Origin: Candidatus Omnitrophota bacterium
GTDB lineage: Bacteria; Omnitrophota; Gorgyraeia; Gygaellales; UBA12090
Length of the DNA stretch: 64,000 nucleotides
Assembly: GCA_030674475.1 (NCBI GenBank)
Contig: JAUSCZ010000033.1
Span: 52,018 to 116,017 of the forward strand
Direction of reading: 5' to 3'
Of the stretch, positions 59,680 to 64,000 are shown piece after piece. The stretch's first letter is position 1. Every line of letters starts with the position of its first letter. The translations under genes and the position numbers were made by a program. The notes under the pieces were generated by a model that saw nothing but the letters and a program-made list of their open reading frames with translations, did not search any database and was not told the origin of the DNA.

Positions 59680-60451
59680 TTTCTTCGTTGATTGTTTTTA
59701 AATATAATTCTTCCAGGGTAGAATCTTTATTCAGGCCGTATTTTATCTTTATTTCATCCGGTTTCCCGAAAGCCTTGATTCTCCCTTTATCCATAATCGC
59801 GATTTCATCAGCCAGGCTTTCCGCCTCTGATATCTGGTGGGTGGTAAAAAATACGGTTTTACCCAATTCTCTCACTAATTTTTCTTTAATGAATTTCCTG
59901 AAATTTAAGGCCCCGGCGGGGTCAAGTCGGGAAGTGGGTTCATCCATAAAGATAATTTCAGGTTCACTCAGTAGACACCTTAGCAGGCTCAGGCGTTGTT
60001 TCATTCCACTGGAATAATTCTGAAAGGGTTTATCCAGGTCATCAATCTCTAATAGGTTAGAAAGATAGCGCGTTTTTTCCTTTATCCGGGCCGGGGAAAG
60101 ATTATAGAGTATGCCGAAGAATTCCAGGTTTTGCCTTCCGCTGAGGCGCCAATAAAATCCCTTTTCTTCAGAGAACACCAGGCCGATCCGGGATTTTAGG
60201 CTTTGGCTCTGGGTAATTAGATCATATCCCAGAATTTTGGCTGTGCCTTGATCAGGTAATATTAAGGTAGAGAGTATTTTTAGGAGTGTGGTTTTACCCG
60301 CGCCATTAGGCCCTAATAGCGCCAGTATCCGGCCGGGGTTTAATTTAAAGCTTACCTGGTCTAAGGCCAGGATTTCTTTATTTTTCTGGAAAGGCGAAAA
60401 TAAAGGTTTAGGCAGAAAAAATCTTTTGCTGATATTGTGGACCTCAAGCAT
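59669..60451 (-). CDS. ABC transporter ATP-binding protein (start chosen at MLEVHNISKRF; the ORF extends to 60733)
   Basis: LLGPNGAGKTTL Walker A, LSGRQN signature-like, IIFMDEP Walker B. Confidence 0.8.
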   Translation of the reverse strand: MLEVHNISKRFFLPKPLFSPFQKNKEILALDQVSFKLNPGRILALLGPNGAGKTTLLKILSTLILPDQGTAKILGYDLITQSQSLKSRIGLVFSEEKGFYWRLSGRQNLEFFGILYNLSPARIKEKTRYLSNLLEIDDLDKPFQNYSSGMKQRLSLLRCLLSEPEIIFMDEPTSRLDPAGALNFRKFIKEKLVRELGKTVFFTTHQISEAESLADEIAIMDKGRIKAFGKPDEIKIKYGLNKDSTLEELYLKTINEENEA

Positions 60452-60659
60452 ATTTTTAACTTTATCAGAACCCCAGAGCTGTGTCAATACATTCATATAA
60501 AACCAATGACCACGGAAGAAGTCTTTTTCGCGGCCAGGCAATTGTTGAATAAACCCCGTTAGAAAGGACGGGGCTTTTATCCTGCCATTTCTACAAGGAA
60601 TTAAACTTTCATATCTTTCATCCCCGCCATAAATGGCGGGGCTTTCTAACGGGGTAAAG

Positions 60660-61829
60660 ATGCTTAAGAGAGTCCTGCATATACATACCTTGCCGGTAAT
60701 TAGCGGTTCGGGAATCCATACCTTGATTACCATGCGGGGATTGAAAGGCCGGGGTTATGAGGTGGAGTTTGCCTGCGCTCCCGGCGGGGCGTTGATTGAT
60801 GAGGTTATTAAGATGGGGATACCTTTTCATCCCATAAGATTTTCCGCGCAAAAGATTAATATATTTGCTGATGGTTACGCTTTAATTGAGCTGGTTTGGT
60901 TAATGCGCCGGCGAAAATACACGATTATTCATACCCACAATACTAAGGCGGGATTTTTAGGAAGATTAGCCGGGGCCTTGACTGGTGTGCCGGTCATTGT
61001 GCATACGGTTCATGGATTCGCCTTTCATGATTTTGAGAAACCAGCGTTTCGTAAATTATTTATTATTCTGGAGAGGATTGCTTCTAGATTTGCCGATAAA
61101 TTGATTGCCGTGTCCACGCCTTTAAAAGAGTGGGGATTAAGGCTTAAGGTGGGTAGTAAAGAAAAATACGTGATAATTCACGACGGAATTGAAATAGAAA
61201 GGTTCAATATAAAGATTGATCCGGAAGAAGTAAAACAAAAACTCGGAATTCAGAGGGGAAATTTAGTAGTGGGAACAGTGGCAAAGTTGTGGCCGGGGAA
61301 AGGTCATCACATTATTCTTGAAGCGGCTCCTGCTATTATTAAGGCGGTTCCCAATGTCCAGTTTCTTTTTGTTGGAGACGGATATCTACGTCCTGATTTA
61401 GAAAGGATCGTTGAGGGAAAAGGCCTGAGTAATTATGTGATATTTACCGGTTTTAGGGCGGATATACCCGAAATCACCGCGATTTTCGATCTGGCGGTAT
61501 TGGCTTCTTTCTTTGAGGGATTGGGCCGGGTGCTTTTAGAAGCCATGGTCTTAGGTAAGCCGGTGGTGGCTAGTCGGGTAGGTGGCATCCCGGAGGTAGT
61601 TATTGAAGGGGTGAATGGTTTTTTAGTTTCTCCGGATGATTCTCAAACTTTGGCCCGGCAGATAGTCAAACTGCTAAAAGATGAGGAGCTTCGCCGGAGA
61701 ATGGGGCAGGCGGGAAAAAGGATGATTGATGAAAGATTTTCCGCCCAGAGGATGGTAAGCGATATTGTGAATGTATACGAGGAATTACTGAAAATGAAAG
61801 GCATTTATAGGAAATCAGCCATTGGATAA
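60660..61829 (+). CDS. glycosyltransferase family 4 (GT1-fold)
   Basis: C-terminal EGLGRVLLEAM...GKPVVAS...GGIPEV motif. Start taken at MLKRV (the ORF is open from 60633). Confidence 0.8.
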   Translation: MLKRVLHIHTLPVISGSGIHTLITMRGLKGRGYEVEFACAPGGALIDEVIKMGIPFHPIRFSAQKINIFADGYALIELVWLMRRRKYTIIHTHNTKAGFLGRLAGALTGVPVIVHTVHGFAFHDFEKPAFRKLFIILERIASRFADKLIAVSTPLKEWGLRLKVGSKEKYVIIHDGIEIERFNIKIDPEEVKQKLGIQRGNLVVGTVAKLWPGKGHHIILEAAPAIIKAVPNVQFLFVGDGYLRPDLERIVEGKGLSNYVIFTGFRADIPEITAIFDLAVLASFFEGLGRVLLEAMVLGKPVVASRVGGIPEVVIEGVNGFLVSPDDSQTLARQIVKLLKDEELRRRMGQAGKRMIDERFSAQRMVSDIVNVYEELLKMKGIYRKSAIG

Positions 61830-61891
61830 AATCATTGTAAATAAAGAGGTTATGAGCTATAATCTTCCCTATAAAAGGAGAAACTAAATAA

Positions 61892-63814
61892 GTGGCTCAG
61901 TATGAATTAAATCTAAGGGATTATTGGCAGATTATCCGCAAGAGGCGAGAGGTGTTGATAACGATATTTCTTTCTGTTTCTATTTTTTCCGTTATCTACG
62001 CCAATACACAAAGCCCAGTTTACCAGGCAAGTGCTTCGGTGCGGTGGATAGAGCGCCGGCCGTTGGGAAGTTTATTGACCGAGTTGGTCCAGGTAGATAC
62101 AGGCGACCCCCTGGCCACTCAGAAGATGCTAATCACCAGCCTCCCGGTTATGGAGAGGGTGGTGATGGACCTGGGGCTGGTTGGTGAGCCAAACGCAAGC
62201 GCCCCAACGACAGAAGTTATGCGTAAGGCTGAGGAATTGCAGGGGGCGGTCTCGGTAGAGGTGATTGGCGATACCAATATATTGAAGATAACGGTAACCT
62301 ATCCCGAGCCTAAGATGGCGGCGGATATAGCTAATAAGGCCGCGGAGTCTTATATCGCCGAGAATTTAAAGGAAAAAACCAGGGAAAGTCGTGGCGTCAG
62401 GGAGTTTATCGAGAGGCAATTGACCGAGGTAAGCGCGAAATTGAGGACTTCCGAAGATGAACTGGCCAGGTTTAATGAAATAGAGTCCCCCTCGGGCATA
62501 GCCGTGCCTTTACAGAACAGGCTCGCGGAATTGGATTCTAAGCGGCAGGGCCTGCTTCAGATCTATACCCCGCTGCATCCGGATGTCAAGGCCATTGATG
62601 AGCAGATAGAGGAAGTAAAGCAGCGGCTCAGGAAACTTCCTCAAAAGGAGCTGGACTTCAGCCGTTTAAGCCGGGAGGTGGAAATCAACTCCAAGCTGTA
62701 TCTTGACCTGAAAGGCAAATTAGAGGGCGCCCGTATTTCCGAGGCGGAAAAAACCGAGGATGTAAGCCTGGTTGATCGGGCTGTTCCGCCCAGCTCTCCG
62801 ATCAGTCCGAATAAACCCTTGAATTATCTTTTCGGGGTAATTGTCGGCGCGATGCTGGGTTTGGCCGGGGCATTTATGACGGAGCAGGTAGATACCTCTA
62901 TCGGCACGATTGAAGATGTGGAGAATTTCTTGAAACTGCCCGCGCTGGGAATTATCCCATATTTAAAGGTTAAAGGTGAAAAACCCCGGGGCTTCATTCA
63001 AAGGCTAATCCCTAAGAAACTCAAGTTTGAAGAAAAGATGGCTTTGGTAAAGAAGCAGTTGGTGATTTATTATTCGGCCTCATCTACTATTTCTGAGGCC
63101 TATAGAATGCTCCGGGCCAAGATTCAGACCGAAATATTTAAGGAAAAAATACAAGGGAAGATACTTTTGTTGAGCAGTTCCAGCCCAGAGGAGGGCAAAT
63201 CCATTACTTCTTCTAATCTGGCGGTGGTGATGGCCCAGGGAGGCTTACGCACCTTATTGATTGACGCGGATATGCGCCGCTCGACCATTCATCATATCTT
63301 TGGATTAAAGAAAAAGGAACCGGGTTTATGCGATATTTTAAGAGGAACGGTCAAGCCGGAAGAGGCCATTCGCACTTTTACTGATATCCTGATGGGTGAG
63401 CTGGGTTTTGATGAGGCCCTGAAGATTCCCGGACTGGACAATCTAAGCATCCTGACCAGCGGCTCGGTCCCCAATATTCCGGCTGAGCTTATTTCCTCCG
63501 GAGAGATGTTCGACTTGTTGGATAAACTGCGTTTGAAGTTTGATCTTATCTTGATTGATTCTCCTCCGGTTTTGGCGGTAGCGGACGCGGTGATTTTGGC
63601 CCCTAAGGCTGACGGGGTAATTCTGGTATACAGGGTAGGGTCTGTGGCTCGTTCGGTATTGTCCCGGGCAAAATCGCAGTTAATAGAAGCCGGAGGCCAG
63701 GTAAAAGGCATAATCTTAAACAATATTTCCTCCGAGATTGAGACGCGCTATGCCTATTCCTATCAGTATAGAGGTTACGGCAAATATTACGCGGATGAGA
63801 AGAAAGGGGAATAG
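61892..63814 (+). CDS. polysaccharide biosynthesis tyrosine autokinase / chain-length determinant (Wzc/GumC-like)
   Basis: N-terminal Wzz-like TM + coiled coil; C-terminal P-loop (SSSPEEGKS ... DSPP) CpsD/MinD-like ATPase. Confidence 0.8.
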   Translation: MAQYELNLRDYWQIIRKRREVLITIFLSVSIFSVIYANTQSPVYQASASVRWIERRPLGSLLTELVQVDTGDPLATQKMLITSLPVMERVVMDLGLVGEPNASAPTTEVMRKAEELQGAVSVEVIGDTNILKITVTYPEPKMAADIANKAAESYIAENLKEKTRESRGVREFIERQLTEVSAKLRTSEDELARFNEIESPSGIAVPLQNRLAELDSKRQGLLQIYTPLHPDVKAIDEQIEEVKQRLRKLPQKELDFSRLSREVEINSKLYLDLKGKLEGARISEAEKTEDVSLVDRAVPPSSPISPNKPLNYLFGVIVGAMLGLAGAFMTEQVDTSIGTIEDVENFLKLPALGIIPYLKVKGEKPRGFIQRLIPKKLKFEEKMALVKKQLVIYYSASSTISEAYRMLRAKIQTEIFKEKIQGKILLLSSSSPEEGKSITSSNLAVVMAQGGLRTLLIDADMRRSTIHHIFGLKKKEPGLCDILRGTVKPEEAIRTFTDILMGELGFDEALKIPGLDNLSILTSGSVPNIPAELISSGEMFDLLDKLRLKFDLILIDSPPVLAVADAVILAPKADGVILVYRVGSVARSVLSRAKSQLIEAGGQVKGIILNNISSEIETRYAYSYQYRGYGKYYADEKKGE

Positions 63815-63865
63815 CTTTCAGAAAGGAATAGATATAAAACCAACCCCTACGTTGGGGTTATTTTT

Positions 63866-64000
63866 ATGAATACGCGCTGGATGCATATTGTGTGTCTGCA
63901 TATTTTTTTAGCAGGCATATGCCTTTCCCGCGCCTTTGCCCAGGAAAAACTTTCAGCCTACCCCGCGGTTATCCATATCCATTCTACCATCAGCCAGGCT
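63866..64000 (+). CDS. partial ORF with signal peptide (continues past the window); possibly a PHP-type phosphatase (HIHS motif)
   Basis: MNTRWMHIVCLHIFLAGICLSRAFA then AVIHIHSTIS; truncated by the window edge. Confidence 0.25.
   Translation, partial: MNTRWMHIVCLHIFLAGICLSRAFAQEKLSAYPAVIHIHSTISQA

Noticed and set aside
59669-60733. Full 354-aa extent of the minus-strand ABC ATPase ORF
   Set aside because: The N-terminal 94 residues are non-homologous and Cys/Pro-rich. The conserved ABC N-terminus begins at MLEVHNISKRF, so the start was placed at 60451. The longer ORF would also overlap the divergent glycosyltransferase gene.

Overview
This window looks like a low-GC bacterial chromosome segment, probably from an anaerobe. 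The evidence is a CIRCE-regulated groESL, a ferredoxin-fused EtfA next to Bcd, and very AT-rich accessory DNA. Most of it is ordinary core genes on the + strand. In order: ligA 3' end, xerD, a CCA-adding-family nucleotidyltransferase, gpsA, tRNA-Pro, a thr operon (hom-thrC-coaB-apgM-like-lysC), cimA/leuA, valS, nadC, uvrB, birA, coaX, a DEAD-box helicase, groESL, a peptide-type ABC transporter, glgC, bcd-etfBA, and a UDP-xylose synthase. Three regions stand out.
(1) A ~14 kb defence island lies between uvrB and birA (21.9-35.8 kb). It holds a type III R-M system (mod, a DUF3800 gene, res) and a GmrSD-like DUF262/DUF1524 type IV restriction enzyme. It also holds a wHTH-nucleotidyltransferase plus GHKL-ATPase pair. 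Two paralogous copies of a small basic protein plus Pol-beta nucleotidyltransferase module are present, one of them decayed and fused to a mod 3' fragment. A res 5' fragment and a SLOG/N-deoxyribosyltransferase-like protein complete it.
(2) A RiPP-like cluster (54.4-60.5 kb) sits inside an exopolysaccharide locus flanked by Wza-like and Wzc-like genes plus a GT4. It encodes an S24/S26-type peptidase, an HprK-related P-loop kinase, a PqqD-like protein, a radical-SAM/SPASM enzyme, an unannotated 49-aa Cys-containing peptide overlapping the radical-SAM stop codon, a SAM methyltransferase, a nucleotidyltransferase, and a divergent ABC exporter.
(3) A candidate c-di-GMP-I (GEMM) riboswitch with a terminator lies upstream of an operon ending in a secreted charged-repeat protein.
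Other oddities: a ~105 bp duplication containing the tRNA-Pro 3' end; three families of short intergenic hairpin repeats; and heptanucleotide tandem repeats scattered through the window, including three in-frame inside valS.
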